Positions 46,762 to 56,950 are shown, numbered from the stretch's first letter. The stretch: DNA of 64,000 bases from an uncultured Gammaproteobacteria bacterium (GCA_964569045.1 CAZMSR010000001.1:66593-130592), one strand, 5' to 3'. Numbers and translations are program-made. Notes: generated by a model not told the origin, from the letters alone.

Positions 46762-48987
46762 ATGATGATTAAGATAACATCTTTTTTAATATTTGTATTG
46801 CCGATTGTTATTGGTAATTTTTTTGTATCTTCAAAAGTTGCGCAAGCTAGTGTTAATGCTTTAAATCAAGAAGTATTAATAAAATATAAAAATAAAGAAA
46901 AGGTAGAGCTTAGGTTTTTAAAAGAAGGTCAAGATCAGGATAAGTATATAAAAATGCTATTAAAAGATAAAAATATAGAATATGTTGAGCCAAATTTTGT
47001 TTATAAACAAGCGATTATTCCTTCTGATACTTATTATGATAAGCAATGGTATTTTAAGAAAATAAAAGCATTTGAGGCTTGGGATGTTGTAAAAGAAAGC
47101 AAGGATATTGTTATTGCTGTGCTTGACTCCGGTGTTCAAATTGATCATCCGGATTTAAAAGATAATATATGGCGTAATATAAAAGAGGCTAAAAATGACA
47201 TTGATGATGATAAAAACGGGTATATTGATGATGTCTATGGGTGGGATTTTATAAATAAAACCGGTGATCCCGGACCAAAATTTAATAAAGGTTTTAATGA
47301 AGCAGGAGTAATGCATGGTACTATTGTTGCAGGAATTGCTGCTGCACGCGGAAATAATGCGCTTGGAGTGTCCGGTGTTACTTGGAGGGCTAAGTTAATG
47401 TCTCTAAAAGTTTTGGACGATAATGGCGAGGGTCGTACAGATAAGGTTGTGGAAGCTATTGATTACGCAATTAAGCATGATGTTGATATAATTAATTTAA
47501 GTTTTGTAGGATTTGGTAATTCAAAAAGTTTAGAGCACGCAATTGAAAGGGCCCACAATGCCGGTATTATTATTGTTGCCGCAGCCGGCAATGACCAAGG
47601 TCAGGGTGATGGGTATTTTTTAGATGATACACCAATGTACCCAGCTTGCCATGATGGACCTATTGGTGAGAATTGGGTAATTGGGGTTGCGGCAACTGAT
47701 GCGCTAGATCAGAAAACCGCATTTTCAAGTTATGGCTTTAGATGTGTTGATATTGCTGCTCCAGGCGTAAGTATTTTTACAACAAGTATATATGCACCCT
47801 TAAAGCACTATGAAAAAGAACCGTTTAATCAGTATTATCAAGGATATTGGTCTGGTACTTCAATGGCAGTGCCAATGGTAACAGGAGCTGTTGCTTTAAT
47901 TAAGGCTGTTAACCCATCTCTTGATAAGCATGGTATTTACAATGTTCTTTTTGAAAAGTCAGATAATATTAGTCGTTTGAATCAGAAATATTTAGGTCGT
48001 TTGGGTAATGGAAGGTTAAATATCGGAGCCTCTGTTAAGTATGCTTCTTATTTGCTTCAGTCTCAAAAGCAAAAAATTATTGTTGTGCCAAATAAAAATA
48101 GTAGTGCCATGATTCGATTTTTTGAAAAAAGCGGTGAAAAAGTAAATGAATTTATGCTTTTTGATAAAAAGTTTTTAGGTGGAGCTAATTTAGCTAGTTG
48201 TGATCTTGATGGTGATGGTAGTTCAGAAATTTTGGCCGGTGCTGGTAATGGTGGTGGACCACAAGTAAGAGTATTTAACTCGCAAGGTGAATTAAAGATG
48301 CAATTTTTTGCGTTTGATTTAAATTTTTTAGGAGGGGTAGATGTTGATTGCGGTGATTTAAATAATGATGGTTTTGTTGAAATTATTGTTGGAGCTGGCA
48401 ATGGAGGTGGTCCGCATGTTAGAATATTTGATATAGATGGAAAATTGCGAGGAAGTTTTTTTGCATATGACCCAAGATTTAGAGGTGGAGTCAATGTGAG
48501 TGTCGGTGATATTGATGGAGATGGAAATGATGAGATTGTTACAGGAGCGGGTGTGAAGGGGGGTCCTCATGTGAGAATATTTAATGGACATGGAAAAGTC
48601 ACCGGTCATTTTTTTGCCTTTGATAAAAAATTCAGGGATGGTGTTAATGTAGCTATAGCAAAGTTTAATGGATTTGCATCCGGTAAAAAAGAAAAGATTG
48701 TGGTATCACAAGTCTATGGAGGCGATCCAATGGTTAAAATTTTTAATAATCATGGTAAAGTGCTTCGAGTTTTTTATGCTTATGACAAAAAGTTTAGAGG
48801 AGGCGTAAATATAGCTACTGGAGATATTGATAAAGATGGATATGATGAGGTTGTTACCGGAGCTGGATTTGGTGGCGCACCTCATGTGAGAATATTTGAA
48901 TACAATGGTAAATTTATTAATTCATTTTATGCATTTGAAAAAGATTTTAGTGGAGGCGTTGCTGTTGGAGTAGTAAATACAAATTAA
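46762..48987 (+). CDS. Secreted subtilisin-like S8 peptidase fused to about five FG-GAP/VCBS-like repeats
   Basis: Catalytic triad contexts AVLDSGV, HGTIVAGIAAA and GTSMAVPMVTGA. The C-terminal half repeats the unit GD(L/I)DGDG..E(I/V)(V/L)(T/A)GAG.GGGPHVRIF. Confidence 0.85.
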   Translation: MMIKITSFLIFVLPIVIGNFFVSSKVAQASVNALNQEVLIKYKNKEKVELRFLKEGQDQDKYIKMLLKDKNIEYVEPNFVYKQAIIPSDTYYDKQWYFKKIKAFEAWDVVKESKDIVIAVLDSGVQIDHPDLKDNIWRNIKEAKNDIDDDKNGYIDDVYGWDFINKTGDPGPKFNKGFNEAGVMHGTIVAGIAAARGNNALGVSGVTWRAKLMSLKVLDDNGEGRTDKVVEAIDYAIKHDVDIINLSFVGFGNSKSLEHAIERAHNAGIIIVAAAGNDQGQGDGYFLDDTPMYPACHDGPIGENWVIGVAATDALDQKTAFSSYGFRCVDIAAPGVSIFTTSIYAPLKHYEKEPFNQYYQGYWSGTSMAVPMVTGAVALIKAVNPSLDKHGIYNVLFEKSDNISRLNQKYLGRLGNGRLNIGASVKYASYLLQSQKQKIIVVPNKNSSAMIRFFEKSGEKVNEFMLFDKKFLGGANLASCDLDGDGSSEILAGAGNGGGPQVRVFNSQGELKMQFFAFDLNFLGGVDVDCGDLNNDGFVEIIVGAGNGGGPHVRIFDIDGKLRGSFFAYDPRFRGGVNVSVGDIDGDGNDEIVTGAGVKGGPHVRIFNGHGKVTGHFFAFDKKFRDGVNVAIAKFNGFASGKKEKIVVSQVYGGDPMVKIFNNHGKVLRVFYAYDKKFRGGVNIATGDIDKDGYDEVVTGAGFGGAPHVRIFEYNGKFINSFYAFEKDFSGGVAVGVVNTN

Positions 48988-49065
48988 TATTCTTAATAAG
49001 AAGTTGTTTTTAATAGTACATTATTAGGAGTAATTATAAAATATAAGTTAATTAATTTATAAAAT

Positions 49066-50088
49066 ATGCCAAAGCAAGTAATATTTGACAGAAAAAATGT
49101 TTTAGTTACAGGTGGTTCCGGATTTATTGGATCGCATTTGTGCGATGAACTAATAAAAACATGTAAAGTGATTTGTGTTGATAATTTTTCAACCGGTCTT
49201 GAGAGGAATATTGATCATTTACTTGCTAATCCAAATTTTGCATTTGTAAAGCATGACATATCTGAAAAAATAGAATTAAAAAAATTACCAGGTTTGCAAA
49301 AATTTAAAATTGATTTTCAAGGCATACAAGAAATATATAATTTGGCCTGCCCAACCTCGCCAATAAATTTTCAAAAAAATATTGAAAATACTTTAATGGC
49401 AAATTCTATAGGTGTTAAAAATATTCTTGATTTATCATTAGAATATAAAGCAAAAATTATGCATTTTTCTTCTTCTGTTGTGTATGGTCCAAGAAGGGCT
49501 GATAACAAGAAAATTTCGGAAAAAGATCAAGGAAAAGTAGATCAACTCTCAGAAAGAAGTTCTTATGATGAAGGAAAGCGTTTTGCTGAGACGCTAGTTA
49601 TGAATTATAAAAGAATGTATGATCTTGATACAAAAATAATTAGAGTGTTTAGAACATATGGTCCTAGAATGAAGCTAGATGATGGACAGATGATACCTGA
49701 TTTTATTAATAATGCTTTGGATGGTAAAGATTTAATTGCAATTGGCAATAAGGAGTTTAAGACATCTGCTTGTTATGTGGATGATGTTGTTGATGCTGCC
49801 ATTAAATTAATGGATTTGGAAGTTAATGAACCAATAAATATTGGATCAGATGTTGATGTTAATATTGTTGATTTAGCAAATAAAGTAATTTCTTTAACAG
49901 CGTCAAAATCAAAGATTGTATTTTCTTCGTCTATGTTATTTATGACTCCTTTGCCCTTGCCTGATATAAATTTGGCTGCTAAGTTAATTGGTTGGATTCC
50001 TGTAGTAACTTTAGAAAATGGTTTAAAGAAAACAATACATGATCTGATGGCGTCTAAAGGCCTGAAAAGCGTAAAAGATATTTTGTAG
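49066..50088 (+). CDS. UDP-glucuronate decarboxylase-like extended SDR (UDP-xylose synthase family)
   Basis: VTGGSGFIGSHLCDEL and SSYDEGKRFAE (Y-D-E-G-K-R signature of the UXS clade). Confidence 0.7.
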   Translation: MPKQVIFDRKNVLVTGGSGFIGSHLCDELIKTCKVICVDNFSTGLERNIDHLLANPNFAFVKHDISEKIELKKLPGLQKFKIDFQGIQEIYNLACPTSPINFQKNIENTLMANSIGVKNILDLSLEYKAKIMHFSSSVVYGPRRADNKKISEKDQGKVDQLSERSSYDEGKRFAETLVMNYKRMYDLDTKIIRVFRTYGPRMKLDDGQMIPDFINNALDGKDLIAIGNKEFKTSACYVDDVVDAAIKLMDLEVNEPINIGSDVDVNIVDLANKVISLTASKSKIVFSSSMLFMTPLPLPDINLAAKLIGWIPVVTLENGLKKTIHDLMASKGLKSVKDIL

Positions 50089-50101
50089 TTTTTTATAACT
50101 T

Positions 50102-50129
50102 AAAAATAAAAAACCAGCTATTTTGCTGG
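50102..50129 (-). terminator. Weak rho-independent terminator for the minus-strand membrane-protein gene
   Basis: The minus strand reads ccagc-aaaata-gctgg followed by ttttttattttt. Confidence 0.4.
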
Positions 50130-50179
50130 ATAGATATTGTTTGAACTATAATGTTGTGGTTTGTTGTTGGAAAATATTT

Positions 50180-50587
50180 CTATTGAGACCTGAGTGACAT
50201 TAGGTAGCTCACAATAAAGTACGAAAGATTAAACGCTGCCATAAAGGCAAATGTTGCAACCAGTACTGCAGAAAAATCTAATTTTGTGTCTGCAGTTTCG
50301 TTTACGTAAATCATTATTAGACTCTCTCCAAGCCCGATAAAAAAACTCATAAAAAATCTTTGTTTTGGGTTTGTTATTATTATTTGGGCTATAATCCATC
50401 CAATAATGAGTCCATGATAACTTGCATTTTTTAGGGCAATGTATGGCACGAAAAACGTGTGGATGATTATGAGAGAAAGTAATGCTGGTGGTATGACGTG
50501 CGAGAAAAAAACACCAATTTGTCCCCATTGTGATTGGGTGGGTATTGTTTTATGTTGAGAAAGTTTTGTTTCAATAAGATTGGACAT
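50180..50587 (-). CDS. Small integral membrane protein (4 TM), unknown function
   Basis: 135 aa. Hydrophobic helices ALLSLIIIHTFFVPYIAL, LIIGWIIAQIII, FFMSFFIGLGESLIMIYV and AVLVATFAFMAAFNLSYFIVSYL. Confidence 0.6.
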   Translation of the reverse strand: MSNLIETKLSQHKTIPTQSQWGQIGVFFSHVIPPALLSLIIIHTFFVPYIALKNASYHGLIIGWIIAQIIITNPKQRFFMSFFIGLGESLIMIYVNETADTKLDFSAVLVATFAFMAAFNLSYFIVSYLMSLRSQ

Positions 50588-50664
50588 TGTGATTTTTCTC
50601 CACTATTGTAATGTTTAGAATGTTCAGATAATCACTTCTTATTATATATTATATTTTTACAAGA

Positions 50665-51345
50665 ATGTCAATAGTTTTTTGTATAATTCCAGCTTTTAAC
50701 GAAGAAAAAAATATTGTTCGCGTTGTGCTTGAGGTAGTTAACTATGTTGATTGTGTTGTTGTTGTTAATGATGCTTCTTATGATAAGACTCTTAAAGTAT
50801 TGAAAAAGGCTAATTTTAGTGATAAAGTTATTTTACTTAGTCATTTGGTAAACAGGGGGCAAGGAGCTGCTCTTGAGACCGGTAATGAATATGCTAGACG
50901 CAATGGTGCAAGAGTAGTTGTGCATTTTGATGCAGATGGTCAATTTTTGGCTAGCGAAATTCCGGATTTACTTGAACCGATTATGCGTGGTGAGGCAGAG
51001 GTTGTGTTTGGTTCACGATTTTTAGGTAAACAATCACAAATACCTATTCTTAAAAAGAATATACTTTTGCCATTAGGAAGAGTTGTTAATCGTTTATTTG
51101 TCGGTAAGAATACTTTAACAGACCCACAAAGTGGATTTAGAGTGTTATCATTTAAAGTATTAAGTGAGCTTAGAATAGAACAAGATAGAATGGCCCATTG
51201 CACGGAAATAATAGATGCGACGCTAAAAGCGGGGTATAAGACAGTTGAAATCCCTATTAAAGTTATTTATAACAAGTTTGGTCAAAAATTTGGTGGAGGG
51301 GTTAATATTTTAAAGGATTTGATTTTAAAAAAGATTCTTTATTAA
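50665..51345 (+). CDS. GT2 glycosyltransferase, polyprenol-phosphate sugar synthase-like (Dpm1/GtrB type)
   Basis: FCIIPAFNEEKNI, VVNDASYDKT and HFDADGQ (DxD). 226 aa soluble catalytic domain. Confidence 0.75.
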   Translation: MSIVFCIIPAFNEEKNIVRVVLEVVNYVDCVVVVNDASYDKTLKVLKKANFSDKVILLSHLVNRGQGAALETGNEYARRNGARVVVHFDADGQFLASEIPDLLEPIMRGEAEVVFGSRFLGKQSQIPILKKNILLPLGRVVNRLFVGKNTLTDPQSGFRVLSFKVLSELRIEQDRMAHCTEIIDATLKAGYKTVEIPIKVIYNKFGQKFGGGVNILKDLILKKILY

Positions 51346-51346
51346 A

Positions 51347-51697
51347 ATGTTTCAACAAATAATAGCATTAATTGTAATAATATTTTTCATTAGTAGGCTT
51401 TTTTGGCAGAAAAGTAAGAAAAAGATAAGTCAAAGCGAATTTAACTTTTGGGTATTTTTTTGGGTAGTTGGTGCCTTATCTATAGTTAATATTAAAAAAA
51501 TTGACGTTATAGTGGCAAATCTTGGTTTTTCTGCTACAGGAATTGATGTACTCTTATATTTAGCTGTAATTTTGCTTTATTATTTAGTTTTACGTTTGCG
51601 TTTGCGTGAGGAGCGAATGGAAAAAAATATTACCAAGTTAACTAGAGAGATTTCATTAAAGGAATATGAAAACAAAAATAGTTCATCTAGTATGTAG
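51347..51697 (+). CDS. Small membrane protein of the type that accompanies GT2 genes (DUF2304-like)
   Basis: 116 aa, three TM helices. Starts 1 nt after the GT2 stop. Family name recalled from memory. Confidence 0.45.
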   Translation: MFQQIIALIVIIFFISRLFWQKSKKKISQSEFNFWVFFWVVGALSIVNIKKIDVIVANLGFSATGIDVLLYLAVILLYYLVLRLRLREERMEKNITKLTREISLKEYENKNSSSSM

Positions 51698-52790
51698 CTT
51701 TCCTCCTTATCAAGGTGGAATGGGTAATAGTACGTATGAGATAGTTAGAAATATGAATTTAGAAAATGGTGCAGAAGTTTGTGTAATTACGCCAATGTAC
51801 AACAAAAATATTGATCAGGTAAATTCAGGGGTTAACACTGTTTGGGTTAAGCCTTTTTTCTCAATCGGTAATGCTGCTTTTTTACCTCAACTTGTTTTAG
51901 AATTAAGAAAATATGATATTATTCATCTGCATTATCCGTTTTATGGCGCTGAGGAATTTGTGCTTTTAGCTAAAATTTTATACGGAAATAAATTTCGTCT
52001 ATTTATTCATTATCATATGGATGCTACCGCTAAGGGGTTGAAAGGCTTGATATTTAGAGTGTATCAGAAAATTTGCTTACCGCTTATTTTAAAAAAAAGC
52101 GAAAAAGTTTCTTGTGCTTCTAAGAGTTATATAGAAAAGTCATTAATAAAAAAGTATTTTAATAAAAATAAAGAAAAATTTTACGAAATACCATTTGGAG
52201 TAAGTTCAGATAAATTTAAGGTCAAGTTAAATAAAAAAGAGCCTAAAAGGCAAATAAAAAAAGTGCTTTTTGTTGGCGGGCTTGATAGAGCGCATTATTT
52301 TAAAGGTTTAGACGTGCTAATAGAGGTGTTTTCAAAATTAAATAATGCTAATGCAAGGTTATTAATAGTAGGTGATGGAGACTTAAGGGATAATTATGAA
52401 AAGAAGGTTTGTAGTAAAGGTTTATCTAAAAAAGTAGAATTTTTGGGAAAAATAGATAATAATAAGTTGCCAGAAATCTATAGTGAGTGTGATGTATTTA
52501 TTCTTCCATCTATTAATAGGTGTGAGGCTTTTGGTTTGGTTTTACTCGAAGCTATGGCATCTGGCTTACCGGTGATTGCTTCTCGCTTACCGGGAGTTGA
52601 TAGTGTGTTTATGGATGGAGTAGAAGGCCATTATGTTGAGCCTAATAATGTGCAAGATTTAAAATATACAATAGAGAAAATATTAAATAATGACACGTTA
52701 GCAAAAAAAATGGGTGAAAATGGGCGAATGTTAGTGGAGAAGAAGTATAGCTGGGAAAAAGTGAGTAAGAAGTTTATAGAGCTATATTAG
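51666..52790 (+). CDS. Glycosyltransferase, GT4 family
   Basis: MKTKIVHLVCSFPPYQGGMG and NRCEAFGLVLLEAMASGLPVIASRLPGVDSV. Overlaps the previous ORF by 32 nt. Confidence 0.85.
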   Translation: MKTKIVHLVCSFPPYQGGMGNSTYEIVRNMNLENGAEVCVITPMYNKNIDQVNSGVNTVWVKPFFSIGNAAFLPQLVLELRKYDIIHLHYPFYGAEEFVLLAKILYGNKFRLFIHYHMDATAKGLKGLIFRVYQKICLPLILKKSEKVSCASKSYIEKSLIKKYFNKNKEKFYEIPFGVSSDKFKVKLNKKEPKRQIKKVLFVGGLDRAHYFKGLDVLIEVFSKLNNANARLLIVGDGDLRDNYEKKVCSKGLSKKVEFLGKIDNNKLPEIYSECDVFILPSINRCEAFGLVLLEAMASGLPVIASRLPGVDSVFMDGVEGHYVEPNNVQDLKYTIEKILNNDTLAKKMGENGRMLVEKKYSWEKVSKKFIELY

Positions 52791-52904
52791 CGTGTTTTTA
52801 TTCTAAATTATTTTATATTCAATTGCTAAAATAATTTTTTTTAATTAATTTAGTAATTGAGTATATAAGATAGTAAGTCGATGCGCTAAATATATTTTGA
52901 ATAT

Positions 52905-54038
52905 ATGAAAATATGCTTAATAAATAATTTACTAGAACCTTATGTTCGAGGAGGTGCTGAAAAAGTTTTAATGAATTATTCTCAAAATTTTGAAAAAGCC
53001 GGGCATAAGGTTTTTTTTATTAGCACTAAGCCCGGAAATGGTAATAAGGTAAATAATAAAGAAAAAATGTATTATCTAAAAAGTCAGTACTATGATTTAA
53101 AAAATGTAAATAAGGTATTTAGAGTTTTTTGGCACATATTTAATATTTTTAATTTTATTTCTTATTTTCATCTTAAAAAAATATTTAAAAAAGAAAAACC
53201 GGATTTAGTAATGACTCATAATTTAATGGGCATTGGTTACCTATCTACTGTATTATTTAGACAGTTAAGGATTAATCATGTGCATGTTCTTCATGATATT
53301 CAATTAATTCATCCTTCGGGGTTAATTTATGTTGGCAAAGAAGATATTGTTAATGGCGTATTTGCTAAAATTTATCAAAAAATTAATATATTATTATTTT
53401 CTTCTCCCAAAGTAATTATTTCTCCTTCAAAATGGCTATTAGACAAACATTTAAATAAAGGATTTTTTTCAAAATCTAAAACTAAAGTTGTGCGAAATCC
53501 TATTAGGTTTAATATTGGGATAAAACAGATTGAGCGTAAAAAAAATCGTATTTTGTATATTGGACAAATAGAAAAGCACAAAGGAGTGTTTAATTTAGTA
53601 AAAGCTTTTAGTTTAATAGAAGATAAAAATTTAGAATTAATTATTGCCGGAGATGGCACAAAAAAAGAAATATTAGTAGAGTTGATTAAGAAAGATAATC
53701 GAATAACATATTTGGGTAAAGTGAATTCTAAAAAAGCTAGAGAGTTAATGCAAAGTAGTGCGTTTCTAGTGGTACCTTCAATTTGCTATGAAAATTCACC
53801 AAGCGTAATTTATGAAGCGTATCACGTTAAATTACCGGTAATAGCCTCGAATAAAGGTGGTATTTCTGAATTAATTAGTTCAGAATTTTTATTTGAACCA
53901 AATGATATAAAAGAAATTTCTAATAAAGTTAAAAAGGTTTTGAGCATGACTAATATTGATCTGGGTAGTAATTTTAAATTATATAAAAAAGAATTTTTAA
54001 TATCATCTGACTTTTTTAAAAAATATATAATAATGTGA
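52905..54038 (+). CDS. Glycosyltransferase, GT4 family
   Basis: MKICLINNLLEPYVRGGAEKV and CYENSPSVIYEAYHVKLPVIASNKGGISELI. Confidence 0.8.
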   Translation: MKICLINNLLEPYVRGGAEKVLMNYSQNFEKAGHKVFFISTKPGNGNKVNNKEKMYYLKSQYYDLKNVNKVFRVFWHIFNIFNFISYFHLKKIFKKEKPDLVMTHNLMGIGYLSTVLFRQLRINHVHVLHDIQLIHPSGLIYVGKEDIVNGVFAKIYQKINILLFSSPKVIISPSKWLLDKHLNKGFFSKSKTKVVRNPIRFNIGIKQIERKKNRILYIGQIEKHKGVFNLVKAFSLIEDKNLELIIAGDGTKKEILVELIKKDNRITYLGKVNSKKARELMQSSAFLVVPSICYENSPSVIYEAYHVKLPVIASNKGGISELISSEFLFEPNDIKEISNKVKKVLSMTNIDLGSNFKLYKKEFLISSDFFKKYIIM

Positions 54039-54082
54039 ATAAGGTGAGTTTCGTTAACCTTAAATATTTGGGAGTGCCTAAA

Positions 54083-54241
54083 GGGATGTCGCCAAACTCG
54101 CTTCACCCATAAATTGTTAATTTTGGCTAAATTTTTTTCAAATTTTTTTGGCTTACCTTAGGGTAGGCCTCAAAAATTATTCAAAAAATTTATCTTAAAA
54201 TTTCCAAATTTATGAATTAAAGCGAGTTTGGCGACAGTCCC
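54083..54241 (+). mobile_element. 160-bp MITE-like TIR element, copy B3, TSD CTAAA
   Basis: The left TIR has a 1-nt deletion (GGGA-TGTCGCC). CTAAA lies at 54078-54082 and 54242-54246. It sits between convergent genes. Confidence 0.9.
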
Positions 54242-54277
54242 CTAAAGTAGAGTTTGTGAAATTTTAAATTGCTCCGG

Positions 54278-56209
54278 TTAATATAGCGGGGTTTTTTTAT
54301 ATTTAAAAACTATTACATCATTGTTCCCAAATGTTTTATAAAAATCTGCTTCAAGCTTTGCCTCGTTAGCAATTTTATCAAATGCCCACCAATATTTATT
54401 AAGCACAAAATACCCTAAATTAACATTAGCTAATGTCATGGCTTTTTTGATTGTAGTTTTGCTTGGTTCTTTGTATACCATGTCTAAATAGTATTCGTAT
54501 AATTTTCCTCCTGTTGGTATAGGATAGTAGAATAATTGCTCTTTGTTGTTTATTTTGTAATATTTATAGAATCCATATTCATGTAAACTAGCGGCACTTA
54601 CTTGTTGATTTGCCAAGACAATAAAGTCTTTTCCTTTTGAATTTTTGTAAATCCAATTTACAGCATCAATATCATATTGACTAGTTGAGTAACCACGTGA
54701 ATTATGGTAATTATCGCGTCTTGGGTAAGAAATATAAAGCGATGCAGTTACTAGCATTGCTAAAAAAAGAATAAAAGTGAGTTTTATAAAAAGATCTTCT
54801 TTGAATATTTTGTTAATTATCCGGGTTATGGCTAAAAGTAAATAAGGCAAAAGAAAAAAGCTTGATATTAGTAGAATTCTTGATGCATAATTTGACCTTT
54901 CATAATTTATTAAAAAGCTAAAATCAAGACTACTAACCAGCAGATAGGATCCAAATAATATTATTGAAAAATTTAAATATAATTTTGGAATATTGTATTT
55001 TTTTTGTTTGCTAATGGTTATTCCAAATATTGCCAATAATACAATGAGCCAAGGAATAATGCTAGAAAAAAAATAAACAAAATTTAAAATAGGCCCCTCT
55101 TTATAAGGAAAATTTATGCTAGTAAATGTATTTTTAAGATTTTGGAGTGCTGCCGATACATTAATAGAAAGTGGGGTGGCACTATTGTTTAAATAAAAAA
55201 GAGTAGGCAATGATATAAGAAGAAGTAAGTAAGAAGCGTAACTAACAATTTTTTTGTCTTTAGTTGCTTTATTATAAAGTAGTATTACGAATAGTAGAGC
55301 CGGTACTCCTGCTATTGGGTGAGTAAGGATGGTGGCGAAAGATAGTAAATAAGCTGTAAGTAAGTCTTTTTTCTTGTTTGTTGCTTGGTGAATTAAGCTG
55401 TATATGATAAGCAAGATTAAATATAGATAAGCAAGGCTCTGGGGTGTGGTAAAAGTAAAATAACTAAAAGGCAAACTTAATAAGGCTAGAATAATTAAGT
55501 TATGTTTAGATAAATTTAGTAAATTAGTTAGTTTAAGTAAGCTGATTGGAATAAAAAAGGCAGCAAGAATTGGTACAAGAGATTTATTAATAAAATTTAA
55601 ACTAAAAGGGCTAAGTTTAAAAATAAAAATTTCAAGAGCGTATGCTCCAATGTAATACGGAGATTTTGGGTCTATTTGACCATTTTTTAAAATAGTGCTA
55701 ACTGCTGCTTCATGAATAAAAGGATCAAATCCATAATTAATTTTATAGACGAGTGCATTAATGGAAAAACAAAATAGATAAATTAAAACAAGTAAGCTAA
55801 TTTGTGTTTTTTTTCGAGTGTAAATTACGGTAATAATAGTGATTATTATAAATATTAAAAAAAATTGATTAGGGAGTATGTCCCAGACTGAAATAATTGA
55901 GCTACTTATTTTGTTTGTAAAAATAACAATAAATAAATAAATAAATAATAAAAGTATTGTGAGATATGGTAGGGATTTAATTTTTTTAAAATAATAGATT
56001 ATAGGGTCTTTAAAAAAAGTTAATATTAGCTTTGTAGGCGTTGAATTATTGCTTAAAATTTTTTGATCAATTATACTATAAGAATAAATAGTTGCAACAA
56101 GAGAGACAAAAAATCCTATATTGTTAAGCGAATATATATAGTAAATCAAAGAACCCCATATTGAAATTAAGGATATAAATATTAGAATTTTTTGAATTTG
56201 ATTATTCAT
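54278..56209 (-). CDS. Large polytopic membrane protein (at least 12 TM), possible GT-C-type glycosyltransferase or polymerase
   Basis: 643 aa, almost entirely hydrophobic helices, with a soluble C-terminal domain of about 130 aa. The early loop YGFDPFIHEAA is acidic. No family was recognised with certainty. Confidence 0.45.
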   Translation of the reverse strand: MNNQIQKILIFISLISIWGSLIYYIYSLNNIGFFVSLVATIYSYSIIDQKILSNNSTPTKLILTFFKDPIIYYFKKIKSLPYLTILLLFIYLFIVIFTNKISSSIISVWDILPNQFFLIFIIITIITVIYTRKKTQISLLVLIYLFCFSINALVYKINYGFDPFIHEAAVSTILKNGQIDPKSPYYIGAYALEIFIFKLSPFSLNFINKSLVPILAAFFIPISLLKLTNLLNLSKHNLIILALLSLPFSYFTFTTPQSLAYLYLILLIIYSLIHQATNKKKDLLTAYLLSFATILTHPIAGVPALLFVILLYNKATKDKKIVSYASYLLLLISLPTLFYLNNSATPLSINVSAALQNLKNTFTSINFPYKEGPILNFVYFFSSIIPWLIVLLAIFGITISKQKKYNIPKLYLNFSIILFGSYLLVSSLDFSFLINYERSNYASRILLISSFFLLPYLLLAITRIINKIFKEDLFIKLTFILFLAMLVTASLYISYPRRDNYHNSRGYSTSQYDIDAVNWIYKNSKGKDFIVLANQQVSAASLHEYGFYKYYKINNKEQLFYYPIPTGGKLYEYYLDMVYKEPSKTTIKKAMTLANVNLGYFVLNKYWWAFDKIANEAKLEADFYKTFGNNDVIVFKYKKTPLY

Positions 56210-56211
56210 TT

Positions 56212-56838
56212 ATGTTAGACTTTTTTAAAAGATTCAAGAAAAATAAAATTGTATTAAGTAAAGAATTTGAAAATGCTGAAAGAATATTTTGGCATGATAA
56301 AATTATGGCGGTTACTGTGCTTCGGCTGATTCCGTGCTCAATTTTACCTAATCATATAACAATTTTTAGAATTATTGCTACGCCCATGGTTGCTATTTTA
56401 ATGTTTTATGGAAATTATACAATAGGGTTAGCAGCTTTTTTATTTGTAGCATTTACTGATGCTATTGATGGTTCTTTAGCTAGAGTGCGCAATCAGGTGA
56501 CAGAGTGGGGTAAGGTGTATGATCCTTTAGCTGATAAATTGTTAATTGGAAGTATGGTATTTATAATTGTTCTAAGATATATTGATGTTTTAACTTCACT
56601 AATTATAGTAGGTCTTGAGTTCGCGTTTATTTCAGCTGCTTGGGTGAGAAAGCAAGAGGGTAGAAGAATTGAGGCTAATGTTTGGGGTAAAATAAAAATG
56701 CTTCTTCAGGTTTTGGGAGTTACTGCACTACTTTTCTCTGTAATATACAATTTAGCAGCGCTTCTTCCTTTTGCCTCTGGTTTTTTATATTTAGCAATCG
56801 CTTTTGCTATTGTTAGTTTATTAACTCATGGTGTTTAA
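56212..56838 (+). CDS. CDP-alcohol phosphatidyltransferase family protein
   Basis: DAIDGSLARVRNQVTEWGKVYDPLADK fits D-x2-D-G-x2-A-R-x8-G-x3-D-x3-D exactly. Confidence 0.85.
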   Translation: MLDFFKRFKKNKIVLSKEFENAERIFWHDKIMAVTVLRLIPCSILPNHITIFRIIATPMVAILMFYGNYTIGLAAFLFVAFTDAIDGSLARVRNQVTEWGKVYDPLADKLLIGSMVFIIVLRYIDVLTSLIIVGLEFAFISAAWVRKQEGRRIEANVWGKIKMLLQVLGVTALLFSVIYNLAALLPFASGFLYLAIAFAIVSLLTHGV

Positions 56839-56849
56839 AAATTTGTAAA

Positions 56850-56902
56850 TAGATATTAGTGAAAATTTACACCATTATAGTGCTAAATGGTGGGTGGGTA
56901 TA
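56850..56902 (+). repeat. Family-A repeat, right-hand part only (A5a)
   Basis: tagatattagtgaaaatttacaccattatagtgctAAATGGTGGGTGGGtat aligns with the right third of A2. It starts 12 nt after the upstream stop codon. Confidence 0.75.
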
Positions 56903-56950
56903 GTGCAATATATTGAAAAAATTAGCTGGTTGTAGTAAGATTTATGGTTT

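Noticed and set aside
48063-48609. Minus-strand ORFs 48063..48494 and 48358..48609
   Set aside because: They are antisense frames kept open by the repetitive GGT/GGA-rich FG-GAP repeat DNA of the subtilase gene.
50229-50528. 99-aa ORF in another frame on the same strand as 50180..50587
   Set aside because: The 135-aa frame gives four clean TM helices. The alternative frame gives an implausible Cys/His/Trp-rich peptide.
18965-54241. Whether the repeated GGGACTGTCGCC... units could be a CRISPR array
   Set aside because: The copies are 10-25 kb apart and 160 bp long. They are self-palindromic and flanked by target-site duplications. There is no regular repeat-spacer structure and no cas genes.
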